Of a stretch of 59,884 nt of DNA, positions 37,289 to 47,108 are shown piece after piece. How positions within the stretch are numbered: the stretch's first letter is position 1; each line of letters begins with the position of its first letter. This DNA is from an uncultured Puniceicoccaceae bacterium. Its GTDB lineage: Bacteria > Verrucomicrobiota > Verrucomicrobiia > Opitutales > Puniceicoccaceae. The position numbers and the translations under genes were made by a program. The DNA lies in NCBI GenBank assembly GCA_964633135.1, contig CAZWFJ010000001.1, forward strand, positions 1 to 59,884. The letters run 5' to 3'. Below the pieces are notes generated by a model. It saw only the letters and a list, made by a program, of their open reading frames with translations, ran no database searches and was not told the origin of the DNA.

Positions 37289-38998
37289 ATGCTCCAGTAT
37301 TTGAAAGTGGAAAACCTTGCCCTGATCGACTCGGTGGAGATGGAGTGTCGGCCTGGCTTTACGGCAGTGACCGGGGAGACGGGGGCCGGGAAGAGCGTGC
37401 TGATGGGTGCCCTGTCTCTGCTTTCCGGGCGGCGGGCGGATCGATCGATGATCCGCAAGGGGGCGGATTTTTGCGAGGTGCAGGCGAGTTTGTTTTTTCA
37501 GGATCCTTCGCGAATCAATGCGGCCCTGGGGGAGGCGGGCCTGTCCACAGCGGAGGAGGGAGAGCTGGTTCTGGCGCGAAAGATTCAGGCTTCAGGTGGG
37601 CAGCGGATTCAAATCAACGGCCAGGTAGCGACCCTCGGGCAACTGGCGGCATTGGGGGACATCTGGCTGGAGTTGCACGGACCGGAGGCTCCTCTGTCCC
37701 TGTTTCAGCGCTCGTCCCAGGTCGATTTGCTCGATGCCTTTGCCGGGAGTGGCGAGCTGCGGGAGGAGTACGCGAAGCACTTCCGCGAATGGTCGGATCT
37801 ACGGGCCAGGATTCAGCGGATTGAGGGGGAAGGCAGTTTGTCGGAAGATGAGCAGGCCTATCTGCAATCGCAGATCGAGGAGATTCGGATGTTGAACATC
37901 TCCCCGGAATGGCTGGAAAAGCTGGAGAGCGACTTCCGCCGGGTGAGCAACGCCCGAGAGATCGATCAGCGGCTGAGCGGATTGGAGGAGGTGCTTTCCG
38001 GGACCAACGGGGCACCCGACCGGCTGGCCGAGCTTTATCGGATGGGCGCAAAATTGCGCGAGCTGGTTCCGGAGGAGTTGGGTCCGCTCATGGATCGCCT
38101 CGACACTCTGGTCATCGAGTTCAATGACCTGTGCGGGGAGTTGCATAGCCTGCGCTCAATCCTCGAGGTGGATGCCTACGAGATTGAGGAGGTGGAGAAC
38201 AACATGAAGCTCTGGATGGGCATTCGCCGCCGCCACGGAGGTTCGGTCGAGACGGTTCTGGAAAAGTATGCGCAAATGGAAGAGTGCCTCGCCTCCCAGG
38301 GAAATGTCGAGGCCACCCTTACCCGACTCGCTAAAGAGGAGAAGTCCCAGCGCCAACGGGTGGAGACACTTGGTGATCAATTGACCGCCAAGCGAAAGGA
38401 GATCGCCGATCCGCTCGCGAGGAAGGTGACGGATCTGCTCAAGCGCCTGGGCTTTAAGAAGCCGGTTTTCCGCATTGAGGTGGAGCCTGTGGCGACCTGG
38501 ACGGAGAGAGGAACCTCCACCTGCGAATATCTTTTCTCCGGGACTGCCGGACAGGGCGCAATGCCGCTGGGCAAGGTGGCTTCGAGCGGGGAGATTGCCC
38601 GCGTCACCCTGGCCCTCAAAACAGTGCTGGCCGCAGTCGATCACACGGCGGTGCTGGTCTTTGACGAGATCGACGCAAATGTGGGAGGCGAGGTGGGCCG
38701 CGAGATCGGACGCGAACTGTCCCGGCTCGCAGAGGAGAATCAGGTCTTTACCATCACCCACCTCCCCCAGGTGGCGGCGAGGGCAACCAGCCATTTCGTC
38801 GTGACCAAGATTCAATCAGAGGACAGTGCCGCCGTTACCCTGCGCGGGCTTGACGAGGATCGAGGAGAGCGGGTCGACGAAATCGCCCGCATGCTCGGGG
38901 ACCGCCAGTCGAAGACGGCCCGCTCCCACGCCGAGGAATTGCTGGGCAACCTGGATCTTCAATCCAGAGGAATATCGGGCGATGCGGGTGTTAGGTAA
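37289..38998 (+). CDS. recN: DNA repair protein RecN
   Basis: TGETGAGKS, VASSGEIAR, VFDEIDA, ITHLPQVAA. Confidence 0.95.
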   Translation: MLQYLKVENLALIDSVEMECRPGFTAVTGETGAGKSVLMGALSLLSGRRADRSMIRKGADFCEVQASLFFQDPSRINAALGEAGLSTAEEGELVLARKIQASGGQRIQINGQVATLGQLAALGDIWLELHGPEAPLSLFQRSSQVDLLDAFAGSGELREEYAKHFREWSDLRARIQRIEGEGSLSEDEQAYLQSQIEEIRMLNISPEWLEKLESDFRRVSNAREIDQRLSGLEEVLSGTNGAPDRLAELYRMGAKLRELVPEELGPLMDRLDTLVIEFNDLCGELHSLRSILEVDAYEIEEVENNMKLWMGIRRRHGGSVETVLEKYAQMEECLASQGNVEATLTRLAKEEKSQRQRVETLGDQLTAKRKEIADPLARKVTDLLKRLGFKKPVFRIEVEPVATWTERGTSTCEYLFSGTAGQGAMPLGKVASSGEIARVTLALKTVLAAVDHTAVLVFDEIDANVGGEVGREIGRELSRLAEENQVFTITHLPQVAARATSHFVVTKIQSEDSAAVTLRGLDEDRGERVDEIARMLGDRQSKTARSHAEELLGNLDLQSRGISGDAGVR

Positions 38999-40662
38999 TC
39001 GAGCCACAAAACAAGATCGGCTCGTCGGAATTGGGCCGAGAGCCATTGGAGATAATTGGGTTCGTCCTGGCCCTTCTTGTCGAGAGTCATCTCCAGGTCC
39101 TGCAGAGCCCGCAGGTAGTATCGATCGTCCTTTCCCTCGAACTGACGAAGGGCTGAATCGAAATTGCGATGGTCGAGCTGACTGGGTTTGATTCCCAAAT
39201 CAGCCAACAAATAACGGGACATCAGCATGGCGATAAAGTGCGATGCGTAGGGAATAAACTCCTTTGCATCCTCGGCGGGACGCTTGCGGCGGTTTTCCGC
39301 AAATCGGAAAATGAGAACTGCCAGGACGACCTGTGCGCCATTGCAATCCGGAGGAAAAATCTCGGAGTAAAGTGGCTCATCGAAGAGTTTCGCCCTGCGA
39401 AAGCGCGCTTGGTGGGGTCTCCTTAGCCAGGTGGCCAGGATGGCTTCAGCCGCAACCGCAGAGGTGATCTCTTTCGGGCCAATCGAATCCTGAGACCGCT
39501 GGCGACGATAGCGAAAGCCGAGACCCTCAATGGATTTCTCCAACTTTTGCTGCACCGCATCATCCGAGCGCAAGTCGCGGAGGTCGACCGGGTTCTGGCT
39601 ATTGGTCGCATAGGTAATCGTCTGCACCAATTTTCGTTCTTCGTCGGGAAGCTCATAAATACGAACCAAAACGGAAGCGCGGCTCGTATCCATATCATTG
39701 TTCTTGAGGGCATGCAGAATGGTTCGGCAGGTCTGTCCTCCGTTGATCACCTGCATTCCGTTTAGCTTCACCTGCCAGCTTTCGTCTTGGAGGGCATTGT
39801 AGCTGAACTGGGTGCAGGTGATCGTGATCCCGTTGTTGTAAAAGTAGAAATTCGCCTGTTGATCTTTATCGAGCAGCGTCTCATGGATGGCTTGGTTTAC
39901 GCGATTACCGTGCAAGCCGAGATAGCGGCGAATATTTCGCTCAAGAAGGCGGTCGCCAGCCTCCTCGAATACCCGTGCGAGTTCGGCAACCGGAACCCGC
40001 CCCACTAGAACCCGACGAAAGTCAAAGCTCTCCACCATGGCCTTCCCGTAAAGCGATAAGCTCCCGTTGACGGGCTTGTTGGATTGCAGCAACTTGACTA
40101 GTTGATCGGCTCCAATATGGCCAAAGGCAACTTGGCCGATCGGGCCGAATGCCTGTTTGATCAACTGATCTGCTTCGTTATCCCAGCCGATTCCATTATT
40201 GCAGGCGATTGCCTTGACTTGAGGAATGTTCCCATCGGAAATCAGGGAACGGATCTCCTCCACCCTGGCATTGAGGCGTGGGTTGAGTTCCACCTTTTTA
40301 CTGGGATCAAAGAGTACCCCTACGGCTTGAATGAGCTTCTCAATCCCCGATCGGGGGAAATTGGCCTCGACATCCAGTTTGGAAGAATACTTTCCTTGCA
40401 CGAGAGTGACCATGAACTCGGCGTCCTGCACCGGGCCAACATGAATCGCGTCGACACCAAAGTCGTTTCCTCCCTCAACCAGGCAGTCCAGCGCATCCGC
40501 TTCATTCATGGCCAGAAGCTGCTTGGTGACGAGCAGAACATAGGCCGCTGATTTCAACCTGGTCTCGTCCCGGCCCGCATTCAAAAGCGTGCGGAGTTCT
40601 TCGCCCATTCGGTCGACAACTCCTTTTACTTGCTGATCAATGAGGTGGGTGTTCAGACTCAT
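38959..40662 (-). CDS. AIPR family protein (abortive-infection / restriction-associated)
   Basis: GGNDFGVDAI, LERNIRRYLG, FYFYNNGITI, QVINGGQT, TNSQN. Confidence 0.9.
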   Translation of the reverse strand: MSLNTHLIDQQVKGVVDRMGEELRTLLNAGRDETRLKSAAYVLLVTKQLLAMNEADALDCLVEGGNDFGVDAIHVGPVQDAEFMVTLVQGKYSSKLDVEANFPRSGIEKLIQAVGVLFDPSKKVELNPRLNARVEEIRSLISDGNIPQVKAIACNNGIGWDNEADQLIKQAFGPIGQVAFGHIGADQLVKLLQSNKPVNGSLSLYGKAMVESFDFRRVLVGRVPVAELARVFEEAGDRLLERNIRRYLGLHGNRVNQAIHETLLDKDQQANFYFYNNGITITCTQFSYNALQDESWQVKLNGMQVINGGQTCRTILHALKNNDMDTSRASVLVRIYELPDEERKLVQTITYATNSQNPVDLRDLRSDDAVQQKLEKSIEGLGFRYRRQRSQDSIGPKEITSAVAAEAILATWLRRPHQARFRRAKLFDEPLYSEIFPPDCNGAQVVLAVLIFRFAENRRKRPAEDAKEFIPYASHFIAMLMSRYLLADLGIKPSQLDHRNFDSALRQFEGKDDRYYLRALQDLEMTLDKKGQDEPNYLQWLSAQFRRADLVLWLDYLTPASPDIPLD

Positions 40663-40752
40663 CTGGCTAATCTGGTAGATATTTGCGGCCAGGTAAACAA
40701 TTTTGCCTCGACCAGTGTTGGATGTTTCAACGACCCCGGCCTGGAACTTCAC

Positions 40753-42903
40753 TCAAAAGAAATACCGCAGGGTCACTCCGAACTGCCGGGGTTCGCCGAG
40801 TTCCTCGAACTGAAGCTCGGGGACGAAGGTCGGATCGTTGTAGTCGCCAAAGTAGATGGCTCTTGTGCCGTAGTCGGTGTCGAAGAGGTTGGTGATCCAG
40901 AAGTTAATCTGAAAGTCTCCCATCTCGTAGCCGGCCCAGAGGTCGAAGAGTGCGTAGGCGTCGGACTTGCCGTTGAAGAAGGAATCGTAGTAGACGGAGT
41001 CCTGCCCGCGTACTTTGAGCCGGACAAAGGCGGGCTGGATGGGGCGGACCTCTCCGTAGGCTGAGAAGGTGTAGTACGGTGCCATGGCCTGGTCGCGCCC
41101 GTCGGCGAGTGTGGGAATGTTATCGGCTTCGATTTTCGATTTGAGAAGACCGAGGGAGCCGCCCATCTTGAGCCAATCTTTGGCCCACCAGTCGGCGGAG
41201 CTTTCCAGACCGTAGCCATAAGAGCGCTCGGCGTTGGTTTGGGTAAGGACGAAGTTGAAGCCGGGATCGATCTGCCAGCGGCGGACCTGGGGGTTTTCGC
41301 GATCGAAGACAAAAGCGACGACCTGGGCCTCAAGGGAACCGTCGGGGCGGAGATAGTTCCATCCTCCTTCGAGCGAGTAGAGGGCCTCGTCCTCGTAGAA
41401 AAGTTCGTTGGCGTTCCGATCGGAGTTGATCCCGCCCCCCTTGTAGCCTCGGGAGAGCTTGCCGTAGAGAGATTGCCCCTCGGCGTAGAGGAAGCGATAG
41501 GAAATTTCCCCGCCCCAGAGAAGTTCCTCGTCGTCGGCACGGTCCACAAAGAAGCGGGAGTCGGGGTCGCGTAGCTCGACTCTGCGGCCTTCCAGCCGCA
41601 GGGTTGCCCCGATCTCGTGCCGCTCGCTGAGCGGGTGGAGGATCTCCCCGAAGGTGTAGATGCGGCCCTCTTCATAGATGTTCTCGACGGTGGTTAACGA
41701 AGGGCCGAAGGCGGCCGTCGGGTAGTTTTGCTCCCCGTCGGAGTCCTGTTTGATATAGTCGCCACCGATGCCAACGGTGTAGCGGGTGGTGCCAGGCCCT
41801 TCGTTGTGCCGCAGAAGAAATTCCTGCTTGTATCGCCTCGCCTCGCGATCATATCTCTCGAACCAGTTCTGGGGTGCCGGCTCGCCCCAAACATTTTGCC
41901 ATAGACTCACGTTCACCGGGTCGTCGGATGTGTTCAACCAATCGGCGTCAAAGCTGTAGGTGGTGTCGATCCGTTGCAGGGTGGTGCGGGAGATCCACTC
42001 GTGCTCCAGGGGGCCGAACCCGGCTTCGATCGCCATCGCACGCGAGAGCTGGTTGTCCTCTCCGGGATTGTCGCTGAGTACGGTACGGCTGCCCTCGTTG
42101 GCCGTGAGATTGAAATTGTCGTAACCGTTCTGAAAGTCGCTGTAGAGCGCGGTCACCTTGAGGCGGAACTGCTCGGACGGCTCCCAGTTGACCTTTAGCC
42201 GACTGGTGAACTCGTCCTCGTCGCGCCCGGAGTTGTGTCCCAGAAAGGCGTTCTCGGTCGAACCGTCGGAATTATTCTGATACACCGAGAGTCGCATGGT
42301 CAGCGCATCGCTGATCAGATCCAGAGGTCCGCCTACGGCCACGCCGCCGCGGTAGGTTTCGTATTCGGCAACTGTGGCCTCCGCATAGCCGGTCCAGAAA
42401 TCGGTAGGATTGGTCGACTCGATGTAGATCAGTCCCGCGAGTGCCTGGGTGCCATAGAGACCGCTCTGGGGACCCCGCAGTACCTCCACCCGCTCGACGT
42501 CGAAGAGGGAGGCTGCGTTCCCAAAACCGCTGAAGTCGATGCCATCAATGACCAGGCCGACGGAGGGGGTGACGGGTTCGGCAAAGTTGTCATACTCGCC
42601 GATTCCACGGATTTGGAAGAAACGCGCCCGCGACGAGCCTCCCGAGAATGTCAGGTTGGGCGTGTCGAGAATGAGGTTCTCAAGATGGGTGGCGTTTGGA
42701 TCGAGGAGCTTTTCCCCCGTGAAAAGCGAAAGGCTCGAGGCCGTTTCTTCCGGGGAAAGCTGGATCGAGGAAGCCGCGACCGTATAACTTTCGAACTCTC
42801 GAGAAGATGCCGGAGCCTCGGCAGGCTGGTCCTCGGCACTGAGCAAGGAGGTGCAGAAAACACTGAGGACCCCGGAGGTCAGAAGGCGAATTTGTTTTGT
42901 CAT
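40753..42903 (-). CDS. TonB-dependent receptor, probably for thiamine or a precursor
   Basis: Signal peptide, FQIRGIG, ERVEVLRGPQSGLYG, C-terminal PRQFGVTLRYFF; upstream TPP riboswitch. Confidence 0.9.
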   Translation of the reverse strand: MTKQIRLLTSGVLSVFCTSLLSAEDQPAEAPASSREFESYTVAASSIQLSPEETASSLSLFTGEKLLDPNATHLENLILDTPNLTFSGGSSRARFFQIRGIGEYDNFAEPVTPSVGLVIDGIDFSGFGNAASLFDVERVEVLRGPQSGLYGTQALAGLIYIESTNPTDFWTGYAEATVAEYETYRGGVAVGGPLDLISDALTMRLSVYQNNSDGSTENAFLGHNSGRDEDEFTSRLKVNWEPSEQFRLKVTALYSDFQNGYDNFNLTANEGSRTVLSDNPGEDNQLSRAMAIEAGFGPLEHEWISRTTLQRIDTTYSFDADWLNTSDDPVNVSLWQNVWGEPAPQNWFERYDREARRYKQEFLLRHNEGPGTTRYTVGIGGDYIKQDSDGEQNYPTAAFGPSLTTVENIYEEGRIYTFGEILHPLSERHEIGATLRLEGRRVELRDPDSRFFVDRADDEELLWGGEISYRFLYAEGQSLYGKLSRGYKGGGINSDRNANELFYEDEALYSLEGGWNYLRPDGSLEAQVVAFVFDRENPQVRRWQIDPGFNFVLTQTNAERSYGYGLESSADWWAKDWLKMGGSLGLLKSKIEADNIPTLADGRDQAMAPYYTFSAYGEVRPIQPAFVRLKVRGQDSVYYDSFFNGKSDAYALFDLWAGYEMGDFQINFWITNLFDTDYGTRAIYFGDYNDPTFVPELQFEELGEPRQFGVTLRYFF

Positions 42904-42960
42904 GGATTGGATCGTACTATTGCGGTGTATTGGCTAAACGAAGGAACGATCCAGACCGCC

Positions 42961-43057
42961 AACCGTTCCTCCGCCGGGACTAACCGGATCAGGTTCGAAG
43001 GGTCTAGTGGGCGTCCGCCCTCAGTCTCAGCTTCCGGATTGGAAAGCTCCCCTGGTT
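42961..43057 (-). ncRNA. TPP riboswitch
   Basis: Minus strand ACCAGGGGAGC...GCTGAGA...GACCCTTCGAACCTGATCCGGTTAGTCCCGGCGGAGGAACGGT. Confidence 0.95.
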
Positions 43058-43130
43058 GAAGCTCAATGGGTAACGCGCTATTCAATCGGTTGTCAAGAGG
43101 GTTTCTTCCCAAATGTGGAAATCCACGGGA

Positions 43131-43234
43131 TTTTTTGTGCGGGGTAAGTAGAAGTGGCTTCCAGCCGCTTTCCTTTCCCCGCAAGCGGCAAGATGCCGCT
43201 TCACCTTGCAGAAACCCCGCACAAAAAATTGCAC
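43131..43234. repeat. Inverted REP pair framed by TTTTTTGTGCGGGG / CCCCGCACAAAAAA
   Basis: GTAGAAGTGGCTTCCAGCCGCTT ... AAGCGGCAAGATGCCGCTTCAC inside 14-bp inverted repeats. Confidence 0.7.
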
Positions 43235-43268
43235 GCGTGGAAATGCACAGGATTTCGGCACAGCGACC

Positions 43269-44369
43269 TCAATGGCCCGATGGCCCCGACCTCAGCGGCT
43301 CGAAGCGTCCAGCCTGAACTTGGTAAACCTCCCAGTCCCCCGGGTGTCGGGCGGAATCGAATTCGGTGCCAGTCGAGAATACTTGGCAATTCCCGGGAAG
43401 AGATTCCCAGAAAGCATCCCTCCTCCTCGGGTCCAGCTCTCCGAGGATGTCGTCGGCCAGCAGGACCGGTGCCTCAGGAAGCCTGGACGAGAGGTCCTGA
43501 AAAAGAGCCAGCTTGAGGGCGATGGCCAGATTGCGCTGTTGCCCGTCAGAGGCGTAGTCCCGGGCAATCCCGGTTTCGATGGAGAATATCCAGTCATCGC
43601 GATGCGGACCGATCTGGGTTGATCCCAGGAGAATGTCGCGTGCGAGATTTCCTGCCCAGGCCTCGCGAAGCTCAGCAGGAGAATCTACCTTGCAGGCACT
43701 CCGGAGGCGAAGCCCGGGATCATCACGACCAGAAGAGATTTTCTGGAAAACGGCTGCAAAGAGAGGTGAGAGTGCCTCGGTGCCCTCCCGGCGATGATTG
43801 CCTAACGCGACCGCTGATTCGGAGAGCGGATAATCATGGGCTCTTATCTGGGATTCCGGTGCCTTGTCCTTAAGGAGACGGTTGCGCGCCGCCAGGCCCC
43901 GCGTGAATTGGCGCAGCACTTCATAGTATTGATTGCGCGAGGAGGCGAAGTGCAGATCCATGACCCGGCGCCGCAGGGCGGGTGCGCCCCGCATGATTTG
44001 AGCATCATCGGCAGCGAGTACGACGGTCGGGAATCGGGAGAGAAAGTCCCCCAGTGTTGCACACCGTGCGCTGTTTAATTCCACCTCTCTACCTCCGGAT
44101 CGATTAAGTTGCAGGAGCACCGTCTCCTTCTCCGGGGCACCGGTTTTGACCTCAAAATAGGCGCGCGCCGTCGACTTGTCCCTGCGAATGAGATGGCGAA
44201 GATCGGATGTGCGAAAGGAGCGGACTGCGTGGAGCAGGCCAAGCGCTTCGAGCAGATTCGATTTCCCCTGGCCGTTTAAGCCCACGAAGAAGATGCGGTC
44301 GCCGCCGAAACGCAACCGAGTGCTCTCGATGTTCCGAAAGTTCTCCAGGTTGCAGACAAGGATCTTCAT
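43269..44369 (-). CDS. recF: DNA replication/repair protein RecF
   Basis: NFRN, GLNGQGKSNLLEA, GPHRDD, ASDGQQR, DDILGELD. Confidence 0.95.
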   Translation of the reverse strand: MKILVCNLENFRNIESTRLRFGGDRIFFVGLNGQGKSNLLEALGLLHAVRSFRTSDLRHLIRRDKSTARAYFEVKTGAPEKETVLLQLNRSGGREVELNSARCATLGDFLSRFPTVVLAADDAQIMRGAPALRRRVMDLHFASSRNQYYEVLRQFTRGLAARNRLLKDKAPESQIRAHDYPLSESAVALGNHRREGTEALSPLFAAVFQKISSGRDDPGLRLRSACKVDSPAELREAWAGNLARDILLGSTQIGPHRDDWIFSIETGIARDYASDGQQRNLAIALKLALFQDLSSRLPEAPVLLADDILGELDPRRRDAFWESLPGNCQVFSTGTEFDSARHPGDWEVYQVQAGRFEPLRSGPSGH

Positions 44370-45106
44370 TCGGACGGGATGCGCAGCTCTTGGCCAGCGC
44401 GCAGATCATTAGGGCTGCGGAGAAGGTCGCGATTCGCCCGGAAAATTTCCTCCCATCGGGCACTGGTCCCGAAAACCGTGCGCGAGATCGAGGAAAGGGT
44501 ATCGCCGGGCTGAACGACGTAAACCGCCCGCTCGCTGCCGGTGGCAGCTTCCTCGGGCGCGGAGGCCGAACCGGCGGAATCCGGGACGGAGATCGATCCC
44601 AGCCTCCGCCGGAGTTCCTGGTTCTCTCTCTCCAGGGTGCTGATCCGTCCCTTCAGTCGATTGTTTTCCGCCCTTTGCCGCTCCACGATGTCGAGCAGAT
44701 CAGTCTGCTCAACTCCGCTTTGAAACGGTCTGCCGGGAAGGGTACGGGCAAATGCTTTCTTCGCCGTGTCGATCAGGCTCTCCACCTCCGGCGCCTGGAC
44801 CGCCTCAGGGCGAAGCTCCAGAAATTTCATGAAATGATAGATCGCCAGAATCGGCTGATTCATGTCATTGAGATAAATCAGGCCAGCCTCGAGATGAGAC
44901 TCTGGCGAATCCGTACGGTTGTCGATGACCCGCAGAAACGCCAGCAACGCTTGCTCGTTTTCGCCCTGCCGCAGAAATCGCTTCCCTCGGATGTAATCCG
45001 GCTCGTCCGTCTCCTCAAACACCGGGCGACCACCCGAGCCGCAGGAGGCAAGCAGGAATAGAAACAGCAAACCGGTCCCGAGGAGGGCCAGCTTTTTCCA
45101 TAACAT
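44366..45106 (-). CDS. TPR / coiled-coil / LysM lipoprotein
   Basis: Lipobox LLASC; C-terminal YVVQPGDTLSSIS...GQELRIP. Confidence 0.85.
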   Translation of the reverse strand: MLWKKLALLGTGLLFLFLLASCGSGGRPVFEETDEPDYIRGKRFLRQGENEQALLAFLRVIDNRTDSPESHLEAGLIYLNDMNQPILAIYHFMKFLELRPEAVQAPEVESLIDTAKKAFARTLPGRPFQSGVEQTDLLDIVERQRAENNRLKGRISTLERENQELRRRLGSISVPDSAGSASAPEEAATGSERAVYVVQPGDTLSSISRTVFGTSARWEEIFRANRDLLRSPNDLRAGQELRIPSE

Positions 45107-45198
45107 GCCCGATGAGGGGCACGTATCCTTCCGGCCAGTCAACCCATTGCGCAAAGCCTGCGGAATCAAGGGGTCCACCGGGATCCCATCTTTCGGGA

Positions 45199-45597
45199 TT
45201 AGCGTTTCGAGAATTGGAACTTTTTCCGCGCACCGGGCTGGCCAGCCTTCTTCCGCTCTTTCTCCCGAGGGTCGCGGCGTAGCAGGCCATCCTTTTTCAG
45301 AGCCGGGCGCAGTTCCGAATCGAACTTTTGCAGAGCACGGGCGATCCCCAGCGATACCGCGCCAGCCTGGCCAGTGATCCCCCCGCCATTCACTCGCGCG
45401 ATCACGTCAAAAGCGTCCTTCTGCCCGGCCGCTGCCAGGGGTGCCTCGACGGCACGCTGCGCTTGCTCGGTCGGGAAAAACTCGGCGTAGGGTTTGCCGT
45501 TTACGGTGATCGCGCCGCTGCCCGGCTTGATGCGAACGCGCGCGGAAGCTCGCTTGCGGCGGCCAGTGGCCAAAAAGAGGGTGGTTGTCTCACTCAT
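45199..45597 (-). CDS. rpsI: 30S ribosomal protein S9
   Basis: TGRRK, GGGITGQAGA, ARKKFQFSKR. Confidence 0.98.
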   Translation of the reverse strand: MSETTTLFLATGRRKRASARVRIKPGSGAITVNGKPYAEFFPTEQAQRAVEAPLAAAGQKDAFDVIARVNGGGITGQAGAVSLGIARALQKFDSELRPALKKDGLLRRDPREKERKKAGQPGARKKFQFSKR

Positions 45598-45615
45598 GGG
45601 TCGAATCTATTGCGC

Positions 45616-46044
45616 TCAGGAAGGAAAAGAAAGGGGTTGCTGGGCTTCGTGAGGATGCTCTTCGCCAGCGTAAACCTTGAGTTTCTTGATCATCTCGCGG
45701 GCCAGCTTGTTCTTGGGCAGCATCCCCTTGACCGCGTTCTCAAGGATAAACTCGGGGCGCTTCGCCCGGAAGTCAGCTACATTGCGGTAGTGCTCGTTGC
45801 CCATGTAGCCCGTGTAGAACATGTATTGCTTTTGCTCTTCCTTTTTGCCGCTCAACTTCACCTTTTCGGCATTGACCACCACTACGTAGTCGCCGGTGTC
45901 AATGTGCGGGGTGTAGGTCGGCTTGTGGCGTCCGCGAAGAATGTTGGCAATGCGGACCGCGAGGCGCCCGAGAGTTTCCCCGGATGCATCGACGAGGTAC
46001 CAGCTTCGGTCGATTTCGGCAGGTTTGGCTAAAGTGGTTTTCAT
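45616..46044 (-). CDS. rplM: 50S ribosomal protein L13
   Basis: [34 protein letters not shown]. Confidence 0.98.
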   Translation of the reverse strand: MKTTLAKPAEIDRSWYLVDASGETLGRLAVRIANILRGRHKPTYTPHIDTGDYVVVVNAEKVKLSGKKEEQKQYMFYTGYMGNEHYRNVADFRAKRPEFILENAVKGMLPKNKLAREMIKKLKVYAGEEHPHEAQQPLSFPS

Positions 46045-46120
46045 TGTGGAAAAACGGATGAGGAAAAAGGGCGTCGACTCCTTTGTCAACGGCTTTTCGA
46101 TAGGGAATGCGTCTTTTCTC

Positions 46121-46157
46121 AAAAAAAGAAAGGCCGCGCCTTTCGACGCGGCCTTTC
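46121..46157 (-). terminator. Intrinsic terminator after TorF-like porin gene
   Basis: GAAAGGCCGCG stem followed by T-tract on minus strand. Confidence 0.8.
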
Positions 46158-46181
46158 GGTGTGGTAATGCTTTAGATCCAA

Positions 46182-46865
46182 TCAGAATCCCATGCCCCAG
46201 GAGACGAAGAAGAGAGGATCGTCGCTCGCGAGATCAGACTCATCCGCCTGCGAGTAGGAGAAGGTGAAGTCTCCGAAGGCGGTGCTCTTGGTGAGGTCGA
46301 TCTGACCGTAGAGGTAGTCGCTGTCGCCCGCGTCGGCAAAGGCGTAGTAGCCCAATGTCACACCGATCGAGAAGTCTTCGGCGAGATCGTATCCAGCTCC
46401 GACGTAGAGAAACACGTCGCCGGATGCGAAGGCAGCGTCGTCTACTTCACTCGTAAAGGTGTAGGCAACCCCGGCACTGAACATGTCGTAGGAGAGACCG
46501 AGATAGACTTCGGCGAAGTTCGCATCTCCATCCGCCTCCGGGTAGAGATAGCCGATGACGCCGATGTCATAGCCGAATTCCTCGGCTTCGCCGCTGAATC
46601 CACCATAGACGTCCAGCTCGGTGCCGCCCGCGAAGTTCACGTTGGAAGTCCAGGTGCCGACATACAGACCACTTTCGTGAGCGTAGTCCAGACCGCCTTG
46701 AACGGCTGCACCGTCGCCGGTCTGGGTTACCCCGCGGAAGACGTAGTTACTAGTAACGCCGATGTTGCCTTCAACAGGGAAGGACTCTTCTTCCTGGGCG
46801 AACGCCGTCGAGAAGGCGGTCGCGAAGACAGCTGCGGCAGGCAGGATCTTGCTGAGTTTGTTCAT
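46182..46865 (-). CDS. TorF / Gcw_chp family outer-membrane protein
   Basis: [34 protein letters not shown]-terminal F. Confidence 0.9.
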   Translation of the reverse strand: MNKLSKILPAAAVFATAFSTAFAQEEESFPVEGNIGVTSNYVFRGVTQTGDGAAVQGGLDYAHESGLYVGTWTSNVNFAGGTELDVYGGFSGEAEEFGYDIGVIGYLYPEADGDANFAEVYLGLSYDMFSAGVAYTFTSEVDDAAFASGDVFLYVGAGYDLAEDFSIGVTLGYYAFADAGDSDYLYGQIDLTKSTAFGDFTFSYSQADESDLASDDPLFFVSWGMGF

Positions 46866-46934
46866 ATCAGTTGGTTTGTTTTGGTTGTTTTGTTTCGAAC
46901 TCCGGGACGGTCGCCCGGCTCGGATCGAGAACCT

Positions 46935-46952
46935 TGCACGTTTAATGCCAAT
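46935..46952 (-). promoter_or_regulatory. Sigma54 promoter TTGGCATTAAACGTGCA
   Basis: Canonical GG-N10-GC about 70 nt upstream of the porin start. Confidence 0.7.
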
Positions 46953-47108
46953 TGTCCAGGGAAAATGTTACAATGATGAGACCTTCTGAAATAAACCGCT
47001 GGCGGGAGCGTGCCCTCGGAGGAATGCCACTGGTTTCAGGGGGTTCAGGTCCAGTCTATGGCATCCTCGCAAATGATCTTGGATACCGCTTGCGGTAGCC
47101 TCGATTCG

